From: Phyllosticta citribraziliensis | Taxonomy: Eukaryota | Reading direction: 5' to 3' | Length of the DNA: 64,000 nt | NCBI RefSeq assembly: GCF_038025025.1 | Contig: NW_027117343.1 | Span: 1,364,001 to 1,428,000, forward strand | Shown here: piece after piece, positions 35,400 to 48,367 of the stretch | Numbering within the stretch: position 1 is the stretch's first letter | Layout: each line of letters starts with the position of its first letter | Made by a program: the position numbers and the translations under genes | The notes under the pieces: model-generated | The model's database searches: none | What the model was told of the DNA's origin: nothing | What the model saw: only the letters and a program-made list of their open reading frames with translations

Positions 35400-36587
35400 T
35401 TATGCCTTCTGCACCTTCTCCTTGATGATGTCCTTGAGCGTCACCGCGTCGGCAGCAAACTTGGAGATACCCTCGCGCAGCTTCTCAACGGCCATCTGGT
35501 CCTCGTTGAACCAGAAACGGAACTCGGCCTCGTCGTTGATGTAAGTCTTCTTCTCAAGGTTGAGGCTCGACGCGTTGGAGGCGTCAAGCTTCTTGGGCAC
35601 GGCGTCCTGCGAGTTGTACAGCGTCTCGAGGAGGTTGGGCTGGCGAACGTTAGCCAAGGCACTCGTCACTACACTTTCAAACTTACCGAGATGGTGAGGT
35701 AGTCGCAGCCAGCAAGCTCGGTGATCTCGCCAATGTTGCGGAACGAGGCACCCATGACAATCGTCTTGTAGCCAAACTTCTTGTAGTAGTTGAAGATTTC
35801 CTGGACGCTCTTGACACCGGGGTCCTCCGAGGCAGAGTACTCCTTCTTGGTGGCAGCCTTGAACCAGTCGAGGATGCGGCCAACGAAGGGAGAGATGAGG
35901 TAGGCACCGGCCTCGGCCGCGGCAATGGCCTGGGTCTGGGAGAACATGAGGGTAAGGTTGGTGTTGATGCCGTGGTCCCTCTGCAGGATCTCGGCGGCCT
36001 TGATACCCTCCCAGGTCGAGGCAATCTTGATCAGGATGCGCTCCTTGCCAATGCCCTCCTGCTTGTAGAGCTGTGCGATTGTCAGCTGGGTTCAATTGGT
36101 GTCCAGGATAGAAAGACGTACGTCAATGATGCGGAGAGCCTTGTTGACCGAGGCCTTGGTGTCGAACGAGTAGCGGGCGTCGACCTCGGTCGAGACCTTG
36201 CCGGGGATGAGCTTGAGAATCTCCTTGCCAAACTCGACGAGGAGACGGTCAAGGGCCTGTTCGACCTGCTGGTCAACGCTGCCGCCCTGCTTCTTGCTCC
36301 ACTCGACGGCGTTGTCGACGAGCTTGGCGTACTCGGCCTTCTTGGAGGCAGCGAGGATCAAGGAGGGGTTGGTGGTGGCATCCTGGGGGTTGTACTTGGA
36401 GATGGTGGCAAAGTCACCAGAGTCGCAGACGACGGTCTGTTGGAGCAAAGAGTCAGCGAATCCCAACAAGCCGCGACGTTCCACTCCGAAGACGGCGGGG
36501 GGCAATTCTTCCGCGGATGAGGGGCAAGGAGGGGCAGCGAGGACTCACGGTGCCGGCGGCCTTGAGCTGCTCGAGGGAGGAAGGCAT
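35400..36587 (-). CDS. TAL1: Transaldolase, 4 exons
   Basis: [29 protein letters not shown] (Schiff-base Lys), [34 protein letters not shown]. Confidence 0.97.
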
Positions 36588-38777
36588 TGTGTATGGTTTG
36601 GGTGATGGATCGGTGCGGATAGGGTATCTTGGGAGAGTGGAAAGGAGTTGTGAGGGATGGATGGGCGATGGTGGAAGTTTGAGAGAGGTGCAGGTGGCGG
36701 GGTTTTCAAGGGCCTGCCTGACGAGGTATTATGTCATCGGGGAGTCGACCAGACAAAAGACCACGACATCGGTCAGATCCTCACCAATGACCAATGGCTG
36801 CGGGCCGTGTTTCTCGCGCCCCGTCCCCCCGAGCCTTCTCCAGACGCCTTTGGCCAGCTCGCGTCAAATCATGCCCGTCCGAATGCGATCCAACGGCTTG
36901 CTGCGGCCGCCTTTGCCTATTCCAACCGTCAGTACCACCAGGCCGCGACCAGACCGTCGACCTGCATCGTCATGTGTCGGCCAATGCCATCGGCCTTGAA
37001 CCGAAAGTCCGTCGTTGATCACCGGTGCCGCCGACTGCGCTCGAAACCTCCGTCTCAGACTCACTCACACTTCAAATGTCCCTCACGCCACGGAGTCCAT
37101 GTATTGCGGTATATTTTCCAGCTCTCGAGGATTAGTGAATAAGCTCCAGGTCCAGAGCTCAGTCGGTCCGACCGCTGACGCTCGTATGTTGCGCGAACAT
37201 GGCCGAGGCCTCAGTCTGGCGTCGACGTAGGCGGCTGTTCGCGCTTCAGACAGTCTGCCGTCTTCGATGCCTTGTGGACGGCGATGGACAGTAGCACAAC
37301 CTGTCAAAAGCGGCACTCTAGTTTGCAGGCCTCCCGTTTAGTCCGGCAACAGGTAGGACTAACAACTCAATCTGTCAGTCTCAAGTCCAGGTGTTAGGTC
37401 TTCAATCCCGCGAGTCAGCAATGCTTAGCCTACATCATAGCTCAATCTGAACCCAATCTCCGACTGCTTACTACACGACAGGCGAAGATGGATAAGATGC
37501 GGATTAGTATCGTGGCCTCGACCTTTGAGATCAGACGAAGGCCGTCAGCGACATCTTCACTTGGACGTCAGCCTCGCCACGTCTTTTTCCAACCAGTCAC
37601 CGGGCGAAGGAATTTTTTCCCTGGTGCATCTTTTTCCTGCTCATCTTTCAGCAGTGTTTTTCAACTGCCCACCACGCATCGAGAAGCAACTTGAGCAAAC
37701 AATGCTCACATTCTGTTGAGACGTTTTTGAAGTTCACGCTGTGGAGCATTCAGCCAACGTCCAAATACCTTGTCACCAGTCCGCCAAAGCAATCTGCAAA
37801 AACGGCGCATCATACAACCCGATGCGTGCACCGGGGAGTAATAAGGAATGCTCCAAACAGCAGCATGGGCTTTATGCTCAAGCTGCCCGGATACTTAAGC
37901 CCTGTCGTTCCAAACGTCGGGGGAAATACACGGAGGCCAAGGCAACAACAATTGACTTGCTGGCAAGGCTGACAATGCATCCATAAACAGATCATGACCA
38001 GGGGCGAAAACTACCAAAGCCACGCGGTCGGGAGGCAGTGTCGTGGAACCTAGCCCTAGACAATCCCACGAGGCAGAAGCCCAGCGTCGGGCTGGAATGC
38101 CATTTACTGTCTCGTGCTCAAGAGTTGCAACAAGGATGGCGGGAAGGTCTCTGGCCAGTAGCCAGGGGGTTTCGGCATCGCCGCCGAACCGCTCTAGGGC
38201 CGTCCCGAGCCACGAAGCTTAAGACGATGCTTGAGCAGTGGCAGCATCATCTGGGGGGCCGAATGACAGGCACCTACGTGACTGCACCGCCCGGAAGCAT
38301 GTCCCGCCGCGCTGGAACAAGCCACTGACGGTTGAGATAAGCTCGTCGCGCAAGACGCTTGTCGTCCTCGCCTCCACCCTAGTCGTAAGCCAGCTACCAG
38401 ATCCGGCCACCGCTAGTTGCGCCATTCCATACGCGCTCGCCTGCACGCTAGCTCGTGTCCCATTCGCCAGGTCATGACGAGCGGTAAGCCAGAGATATCT
38501 CGGTTTCGTTTTCACCAGGTGGGCTGAGTAGCATGGCTTGACATTACTATTTGGGTTGCAAAGTGCGAATCCTTCTCTGACCGGGCAACCCTTTTTATTT
38601 CTTTGTCTCCCATCCGAATTCGTGGGTTGGACTAGTCTTCGTCTTTGTCGTTTCTTAGCCTACTTGGGCTCCTACCGACCCTGCTTCACCTTTGCTTCGC
38701 CCTCGCTCTAAATTCCTTGCCCGCCATCACCTATTTGTGTGGTATCCATCGCACCTGTCACTTGTCAAAGACCTCAA

Positions 38778-39995
38778 ATGGACACGACCACCTTCCTCGC
38801 AACGGCCCTCCTCAAGCGGGCCTCTGACAATTCAACATACCAGCAAATACAAGACTACCGCGACAACTGCACGCTCTCAACATGCCCGCTTTCCGACTCG
38901 TACTGGGCGTACCGACCATCTCTCCCAGCCAATAGCTTTTTCCTCGCCTTGTTCGCCCTCTCCCTCGTAGTCTACCTGTGTCAAGGCATCTTCAGCAAGC
39001 GTTTCCTCGGCTTTACCATTGCAATGGTGTCTGGCGATGTTCTCGAAGTCCTTGGATACGCAGGTCGCATCATGTCGTACTACAATCCGTTCGGCGAGGT
39101 AAGCAACCCTCATGGTCGCGGCACTACCTTTCGGTCTTTACCGATTGGATTTTGAAGTCCCTCTTGCTCTCATTGATTGCTTGGGAACTTCTCAAAATTT
39201 CCCAAGCGAAGCCGAAAGACTCCCAACTGATTTCGTCATCTTGAGTCTGGGGGACGGGATTGTACGAAGCACGTCACTGACAGTCCACAGGAAGGCTTCC
39301 TCATGCAAATCGTCTGCCTAACCATCGCCCCCGCCTTCATGGCCGCCGGCATCTACCTCTGCCTCTCGCGCATCGTGTCCACCTTCGGCGCGCAAAACTC
39401 ACGCCTGAAACCGCTCTCGTACCCGCGCATCTTCATCCCCTGCGATGTCGTCTCGCTGCTGCTGCAAGCTGCCGGCGGCGGCCTCGCCAGCGGCGCCAGC
39501 CACTCCAACAAGGACCCGTCGGCGGGCAACAACATCATGCTGGCAGGGCTCGCCTTCCAAGTCCTCACGCTGCTCGTCTTCATCGTGCTGGCCGCCGACT
39601 TCGGCGTCCGCACGCTGCGCCGCGTGCGCGAGCTGGGTACCACGCAGGCACTCGATCCGACGCACGCGCGCCTGCGCGCCAGCCGCGCGTTCCAGGGCTT
39701 CCTCGCCGCGCTGGCCTTCGCCACGCTGTGCATCTTCACGCGCAGCGTGTACCGCGTGGCGGAGCTCAGCGAGGGCTGGACCGGCCACCTGATCGAGACG
39801 CAGAGCTACTTCATCGGGCTGGAGGGCGCGATCGTCGGCGCGGCCATGGTCGCGCTGAATCTCTTCCACCCCGGCCTTTGCTTTCGCGAGGGGTATGAAG
39901 AGAGAAGGTGGTTTGGCGGGAGGGCCAAGGTTGCGCCTGTGTCGGCGCGCACGCCCGAGGATGATGTCTCGGATGATAAGGCGAGTGTGGTGTAG
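38778..39995 (+). CDS. RTA1-like seven-TM protein (lipid-translocating exporter family)
   Basis: CTLSTCP..YRPSL..N, LEVLGYAGR, intron 39099-39290, QIVCLTIAPAFMAAGIY, CDVVSLLLQAAGGG, RSVYRVAELSEGW, FHPG. Confidence 0.92.
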
Positions 39996-41582
39996 GTGTA
40001 GGTGCAGGTGTAATTCTCGCTTTTTGGCGTCTTTTTGTTGCAGATGCTGCTGCGGTGTTGTAGATACCCTCGTGTTTAGAGGATGGAATGGACTGAATCC
40101 TTGCCTGGCATCGTGCGCCGACTCGGTGACCCACCGCTGTCAATTCAATCAAACCTCACGCGCTACCTAACTGACGCTGCGCACGAGATGCCCCTGAGTC
40201 CCGCTCGTGATTCCTGTGCTGCATGAGACCGCGGAATTTCGTATATAAACCTCACCAGACGCCCTCGTCTTCCTGCCGCGCACCAAGGACAGCGCTTTTG
40301 CGTCCTCGAGGGAATCAACAGTCGTAAAATTTGCTCTCTTTATTCCACTTCTCTCTCCCTCTGTCCTTCCCTCTCCACCAACCACACTCCTCCAGTCCAG
40401 TACCTCAAGAGGCCGACCAGCACCATCACTTCACCGCCATCCTCGCCACCACGACGATCCAACGGCGACACTCAGCATAGAAACAAAACATTCGACGCAC
40501 TCCTGCCTCAATTGACCGCGGAACGAGCAAACCCCAAAGCCAACAAAGTGATTGTGGTTTATGCTGCGTAGCGGCGGGAGGGGAAGCCGCAGTAGGTTGA
40601 TTGCCAGTGTGGTGATCCTGCGCGGGGAGGATAGCTGTGGGTTGCTGGCAGAGTACGATAGAAAGGCCGGAAAGGTGAGGTTTTATAGGCGGCGGAGCGG
40701 TAGATCGCTTGCTTGCGTGGTCAGGGGTCGGGTCAGCGGGTATAAAACCTCCTCCGCTGCCCTGTCCCGGTATCTCCAATCCAACAGGCACTCCTGAATC
40801 CAGCAGCCGAATGAAGCGCAGACGCGCGGGTAGTACCGAAGAAGATTACTTGCCCTGTCTCTTGTCCTGTCCTGTCCGTCAGACTAGAAACTGTTTAGTT
40901 CGCGGACACGAGGGGAGGTTTTGATGGGTGGCACCAGTGAGAATGAGAATGAGAATGATGATGATATCAGTGGTGGTGGTGGTGGTGCACAGCATCATCA
41001 TCATCATCATCGTCTCGTCAACAGGAAGCGCAGACTTGCTGACCTGCCAAGTTTGGTTCCTCTCCGCCTACCCCTTGAAAGGGCTGCTGTTCTACCCCTG
41101 AGATTAGGCGAGAGATTGACATAAGAAGTGTTAGATGGCTTGGCCTGGTGGTCCACTGGCTTGGGCAGCCCTCACTCTCACCCTCGCCCCTGAGTTGGCT
41201 TTTCCTTGTGGTGCAGAGGAGCGGTATACCACAACGCTGGCGATACTCATCACCTCTCTCCAACCACTTAACCACTCAACCCAGCAGCCACACGACACAA
41301 GAAACAGAAAAACGCCAAGTGATGTGTTTGTTCGGTTTTTCTGCGAACCGCAAACCGCAGACCACAGTGGCCTGTTTGCGTTGTCTCGTTGAAGAAGAGC
41401 AGAGCTGTGCTGAGCGCTCGGTCATTTTGCCGGCTGGGTGTGTGGGGAGTGGGAGTGGGTGTGGGTGTTTTATACCTTTCTTCCTTCTTTCTACGTGTGT
41501 AAGCCCCATGGCAGTCCTCGCAAAACAGCGCATGTGCAAATCCGATCACAATCCCTTCCGCTGCCCTGCTTTGTGACAACTT

Positions 41583-41769
41583 GACAGCGTGACAGCGTGA
41601 CAGCGTGACAGCGTGACCGCACAGAGCCCAGCCCAGCCCAGGTGCCTCTCTCGACTCTCTCGAGTATAAAACCGGCGTCCCTGGCTCCACAGACAAGCCC
41701 ACACCAGCTTCATCCACGGGGCGGCAGACAGACAGACAGACGCCAGAAGAGCACACGAAAATCTTACCC

Positions 41770-41801
<32 letters not shown>
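41583..41801 (+). repeat. Microsatellite cluster: (GACAGCGT)4 at 41583-41614, (CAGA)4 at about 41725, (TCTG)8 at 41770-41801
   Basis: Direct reading. Confidence 0.9.
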
Positions 41802-41803
<2 letters not shown>

Positions 41804-42175
41804 GAATGCGAGAACGAGGGATGTGAAACTTGTCTCTTGTCTCTGTCTTGTCTCTGTCTTTCCTGTTTTTGCCAACCGTGGCGTGGCAGGACAGGGCGGG
41901 TAGACTCGCCATATAGCATACGGCAGCGTCGCATGACAGAGAAGCCCGCCATAGACGCACAGTGACGGAAGACGTCGTCCTGTCTAATCGACGAGACAGA
42001 CGGAGAACAGAGCGCGAAAGAAAGAAAGAAAGGAAGGGAGTCTGCGGACCCGTCCAATCCATTCATACGTCGTGGAGCGCACATGACTATCATACACCCC
42101 TTCCCTTTCCCTTCCCCCCTTTTTCCTTTTCCCTTTTTTCTTCCCACCATCCATCCTCAGCCCTCCCCTCACTGT

Positions 42176-44130
42176 TCACTGCTCAGCCCCATCACCACCC
42201 CCCTGACCCTTATCATCGCCCTCAAACCCCAGCGAATTGCCATTGTAATACTCATTCCGCCTGTCATCGTCGTCCTCGCCCATGCGGTCTCTCATCGTGC
42301 GGAATCTTAATCCACCACCACCATTGCTTCCTGCCGCCCCACTCGCACTCGCGCTCGAGCCACCCGCGGCGTCAGCCTGTCCGTCGAGACCACCGCCGCT
42401 GCTTTCGTTGCCACCGCTGCCGCCGCCGCTACCGCTGCTAGGTGAAGCGTGCCCGCCGGCGCTCATGTGCTTCGCGGACCACGAGGAACTGACGGCCGCG
42501 GCGGCGGGCGAGCCGGAGTTGCCTCTGCTGCGCGCGGCGTCGACGGCCGCAGCGCCTCGTTGCCCAGCACTGCTGTCACGGCCCGACGACGAAGCCGCAG
42601 AGGCGCTGTCGGCGTGCTCGCCTGCAGCCGGACGAGCGCCAGCTGCTGCACCGCCTCCGCCGCCGCCACCACGCGCAAACGGCGCAAAGAACGTCCCGAT
42701 GAAGGAGGCGAGGAGGTTGTACGCCGCGACCAGTGCGACGTAGACGGACCCGATGTACCCGCCGCCCGCGCCGCTGTACGCCGACGCGGCGGCCGCGTTG
42801 CGGATAGGGACGAGGACGAGGGTCGCGCTGGGGGCGATGTCGTCGAGTTCTTGGAGCGGACTCGTTTCGTCCGACGCGGAGAGGTGGCGGTTGGGATGCT
42901 GGGGGGCGAGCAGGAGTTTGAAGGTGTACGGCGGTGCGCGGGATGATGGCGAGGAGGATATAGCGGCGTCGACGCGCGGTCGCACGTCCGTGGCGAGAGT
43001 GGCCGTGGGGGGGAAGTAGTCGCGCAGTTGGCTGCCATCGAGGAGGCGGATGCGGAGGCAGACGGTGCCGCTCTTAGAGGCCGGGCCGCGCGAAGCCGTC
43101 GTCGTCGTTGCCGTCGTCGTCCTCGATTCGTCAGACATCTCAGGATGCGGCGAGCCGCTGGACTCTGCCTCGCGCAGTCGGCGGCGCATCTCTGCCTGCT
43201 CGCGGCGCTCGCGCTTGTCTGCCTCGACGCGGTCCAGGATGCGCTGAAGTTCTGATTTACGAGCTTGCTTGCGCAGCTTCTCTTGCGCCGCGTAGCTCAT
43301 CTTGGACGACGACTGCTGCTGCTTTGCTTGGCTCGTCTCTTCCTCGATGGCCCTCCTCTTGCCTGCAGCCTTTTCTCTCCGTGCCGCCGCTTCGGCTTCT
43401 GCTGCGCGGCGCCGTTCTGATTCCAGACGTGCAGCTCTGTCCGGCAGGAGCGAAGTGAGGGTCGAATTCGATTCGGCGGGGCTGGGGGCGGATTCGGTAT
43501 ATTGAGTCGAAGGCGGAGGAGAAGTTGTCTGCGTCGGCGCTGACGCCGCGATCGATTCTCGAGCCTCCTCTTGCGGCGGATTGGACTGCAGCTCGCCAGG
43601 CGTACTCTGGCCTACCTGCGGCGCGCCCCCATTCTCCAACACGGCGGCCACTTGGGCGACAAAATCCTCCTTTTCAACCCCCGCAAACAGGCTCAATTTA
43701 AGCTGTCCGTTATACACAACAACGAGCGCCGGCGTCTTGTGGATGGGACAAAAGGCAGCGAGGAATCCGGCCTCGACGCTGCCGGCTTCCAGGCGAAGGT
43801 TTACCGATTTCGAGGCCAGGAGCTCCGCAATCTACGAAGACGGGGGCCGGTTAGCAGGCGACGAAGCTCGAGAGCAATGCAAGGCTTACCCTCTCGTCGT
43901 GCAGCCATTCGTCCTGCCATAATCTGCTCTCGTCCGAATCATCTGTCCCATGCTCGCTCCGTCAGCCACTGGCGAGACCAAGTGTTGAATTGGGACCTGC
44001 GCTGCCGTGCACCGCAACTGCAGGGACGTGCGGCCGTTGAGAGTGACGCACCTGTGACGAAGCATGCCACTGACTTGGACTGTTGGAGCGCGAGCGAGAT
44101 GCCGCTCTGGAGGTCGCCTTGGTGGAACAT
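42176..44130 (-). CDS. UBX-domain Cdc48 cofactor (UBXN4/erasin/Ubx7-like), 3 exons
   Basis: Thioredoxin-like N-terminus MFHQGDLQSGISLA..VACFV, coiled coil, UBX LRIRLLDGSQLRDYF..LAPSAT-like, hydrophobic hairpin, C-terminal YYNGNSL.FE. Confidence 0.88.
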
Positions 44131-44208
44131 GGCTTGCGGCGGTCGTTGGTTGGGCGGGCAGGAAATGGACAAATGGATTGTTTGCTCCACTAGACACGAT
44201 GCGCACTT

Positions 44209-44235
44209 GCGGCGGCGGCGGCGGCGGCGGCGGCG
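44209..44235 (+). repeat. (GCG)9 triplet repeat upstream of the UBX start codon
   Basis: Direct reading. Confidence 0.9.
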
Positions 44236-44993
44236 GGATGTGGAGAGCTGCCGCGCCATGATCTCACTGCTCGCCCTGGCCAATCACAGCAGGCGACGAC
44301 GAAATCCAGGAACACCCATCTCGACCACCTCTCGGCTTCCCCGCACCAGGACTCCCACTTTCCGCAGCTCTCACTCGTCGCTGGGCACGTCTGGAGGCCA
44401 ACAACTTGTCGACATCGTCGCCGCCCACGAGTCAGCCCCAGGAACCACGGCCTGCGCCGAGTGATCTCCCGGCCTCTAGTCATTGGCCGGCCTGACGACA
44501 TGCTTTGAGGAAATGTACAATTACTGGAGTATTTCGAGCCTAATTAAGCGCAGAGAGAACCCACTATTGCCGATGACCCGGAATGCCCTTTTGCTCCGGC
44601 GCACTATCTACAAAAAGGAAACTGAAAGGGAAAAAATAAACTGGGGTGGGAATTTCGATTGTGGGTGGGGGCATGCAGCGCTTCCTTTCAAATCCTAATC
44701 CACGTTCACGTCGTCGGCCGAACCTGCCCACCTCAACCCCCACCATGAACTAGATTCAAAAGGCAAAGTGATTGGATGCAACCTTGAAGCTCCCGAGCAG
44801 GCAGTCGATAAACTCCCCGTGTAGGCATGCACCAGCGCGCCCTGTGGGTGCAGTGTGCGCCGTCAACGCGCGCAGCGTGGGGAACCAGCCTGCTTCGGCT
44901 GCAGTGTCGAACGCCGGCCAGGGTTCTCTAATCAAATTTACGTCCTCCACCGTCTAAGTCGCTCTTCGAACGTGCGCCGTCTGCGCTAGCAGC

Positions 44994-45848
<855 letters not shown>

Positions 45849-46642
45849 GGTGTAGGTTGTGGTGGATATTATTCAAGACGAGCGCAGCTCGCGAGGGGCT
45901 CGTTTGCGGGTGGAAGGAATGGGGGCGGCGGCGGCAGTGGAGGTGAGAGGACAGGCTGCGATGCGAGGATCTCGGAGGTTAGCAATAGCGTCGACAACTG
46001 GGAGGGCCAGGTCAAAGAGGAGGTGAGGCTCACGCAGCAGCTACTCGCGTCGCGGAGCGCTAGCAGAGACGCGGTCTGTCGGGGGGCTGGGGGTAGCAGA
46101 GGAGCAGCGCAGCAGGAGGTGCAGCGGTGTGCCACGGCGTCGAGGGAGGATATTAGGGTGGGACGGTCGATGGAAGCAGGCGAGAGGAGAGCGGGTCGAC
46201 GGGGGGTTGTAGAGGACGTGGAGTCGACGGGTGGTGGTCGCAATGACGAGGGTAGGGTAGGGTAGGGTTGGGTTGGGGTTCGAGTTGGTGGTGAGGGACG
46301 GACTGGACTGGAGTGGAGCGGCCAGGAGCGACGCCGCTGATGCAGCAGTGGACAGACGGACAGCCAGCGTGGGCGGTCGGGTGGCCGAAGTCAATGCTCA
46401 AACACAGTTGAAGCAGACGAAATGTTCGAGACGGAGCAGATGGGAGTAGAACCTGGATGCTCGCTTGGCTTTTGCGTGTAGTGTACTGTACATTAGCCAC
46501 CAGAGTCCATGTCGCTGAGTCTCAGTCTTCCCATCACATCACGCCCTCTGGCAATCAACCCGAATGGCCAAGCAGCGCCTAGCATCCATCAACAACAACA
46601 CTACGACTGCACCACGCGTTGTGTTTGTGACCATCTCCATCA

Positions 46643-46664
46643 CCCCCCCCCCCCCCCCCCCCCC
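46643..46664 (+). repeat. C22 homopolymer
   Basis: Direct reading. Confidence 0.9.
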
Positions 46665-47199
46665 AATCGGACGCAGCCCAGACATCTGTCGCGCGACGCT
46701 GACACCAGATGCATGCAACACGCTCAACATCACCATCGTCTGCACTTTTTGGTCCGTTTGCTTCAACGCCCCTCCTCCCTCGTCTTCGGCTAGCTGCCGG
46801 GAATGCCCTTTGCCCAGTGCGCTCCCTTTCCGTCGCCTAACCCGTCCCTCCCGAGCTAAACATTGATGGGTGATGCCAAATCCACCCACGTGCACCCTTG
46901 CAACGTCGTCAGCCCAGGTCGTCGCTGATGGCTCTGCCTGCTCGTTGGTTCCATCCGCTCTTTTGGCGGTCCGGTCCGCAAGCATAAAAAGTAAGCTCGG
47001 GTCTCGCTCTGCTGCGCTCCTCACGTCGTCGAGCTCCAGACAAGCGAGCAAACATGCTGCCGTCGGGGGCCTCTTCGCTTGTCCCTATTTCTCGTTTCCA
47101 GAAGCCCTGGAAATTTTCTTCCCCAGAAATGCCCGGCGCCGCTACCCCGACGCAATCAGTGCGCAGATTAAAGATCCACGCGCGCCATTGCATCAGTCC

Positions 47200-48190
47200 T
47201 CAGTAAAAGACCACTTCAATGCCCCCTGGTTGTCCGAACCGAGACTTGAGCTCCTCGCGCCCCAGCAGCTGCGCCAGGGGCACCTGCGTTTCCTTCATGT
47301 CCATGATGCCCCGTTTCTTGACGTCAATGTGCGACGCGTCGATGATGATGCGCTTGAGATTGCTCGTCGAGAGCGCTCCGTCGCCGACCAAGTCTGAAAT
47401 GCGCTGCGGCGTGCCCACGCCAAAGTTCATCCTGCACGCCCGCTCCGTCAGTAAACACTCGACAGCCTGCTTCAGAGAAGCGCTTACTTTAGCCTCGTGC
47501 AGCTCTCTATCGCCTCTTTGAGCTTAATGTGCTTGGCAAACAGCTTTGCCACCTTGGTTCCCTTTTGTTCAAATTTCCTCAATCCTCTGCTACCAGTTAG
47601 AAGCTAGTGTCGTGTCCGGAAATAGGACAAACATGCCTGGTCACGTCGGCCGCTCGGATGCCCGACGCCGCAACGACAATGGTATGCGGCGCTCCGTTGC
47701 TCTTGGGAGCCTTTGTGAGGTCGCCTTGTGCGAATTTCTCGATGAACGCCGGTAGTTGGTCGAGGGTCCGCTCGCCGTCCCAGCTGCTCGTGTCGCAAAT
47801 CGAGTTTTCTAGAACCGTGTCAGCAACCTCGAAAAGCGAGTTTCGCGTGACGACACGATGCAGACGCCCAAGGCGACTTGCAACGTCCGACTTACCTGGC
47901 ACGTAGCGGTCTTCAAGCTCCACAAAGCTGAGGTCAGGCTCAAACCGCTTGGTCCGCTGAGCCATGTAGTCGGCCAGCAAGCGACTGTCCATGCGACCAA
48001 CGGATCGATTCAGTCCTGCTGCTTCGTCGAGGTCCTCGTCGTGGACGTCCTTGGGTTGCTTGTTCTTTCTGCGCTTTGCTCTTTTGCTCTGCTTTGGCTC
48101 CTCCTCGTCTCTCTTCCTCTTTCCATCTGCTGGAGAGCCGGGCATGGGCTCGATGAGCGGGACGCCGGCGCCATACTCAGAGTCCGACAT
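47200..48190 (-). CDS. CMS1: Cms1/CMSS1 90S pre-ribosome factor (helicase-like remnant), multi-exon
   Basis: MDSRLLADY..RFEPDLSFVELED, GAPHTIVVAASGIRAAD, VAKLFAKHIKL, GVGTPQRI, IIIDASHIDVKKRGI. Confidence 0.88.
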
Positions 48191-48367
48191 TGTGTGCGTG
48201 CGATTTGTGTGATGTTTGCGGGGCTGGCAAAAAAAAAATCCAAGGTACGCGGCTCGGCGCGCTTGCCGAGAGCGCCGACGCGTTCCCCGCGGCGGACCTG
48301 ACTGACTGCGCGCTTCCGCTCACCTCCAAACACTCTCCAACCAACCCAACCCAGCCAAAGCGACAGC

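Noticed and set aside
34115..35402. Stop-codon readthrough or cryptic peroxisomal PTS1 in SOD1/TAL1
   Set aside because: No TGA-CTA context and no SKL-like extension seen after either stop.
36600..38770. Genes in the TAL1-RTA1 divergent spacer
   Set aside because: Only short unbiased ORFs; CCAAT boxes and CGG triplets fit ordinary promoter DNA.
8539..39995. Sphingolipid cluster of ceramide synthase plus RTA1-like exporter
   Set aside because: About 28 kb and many unrelated core genes separate them; no biosynthetic cluster backbone.
40000..42170. Telomerase RNA, RNase P/MRP or SRP RNA in the RTA1-UBX spacer
   Set aside because: No TAACCCTAA-like template on either strand and no recognisable P4 or SRP motifs.
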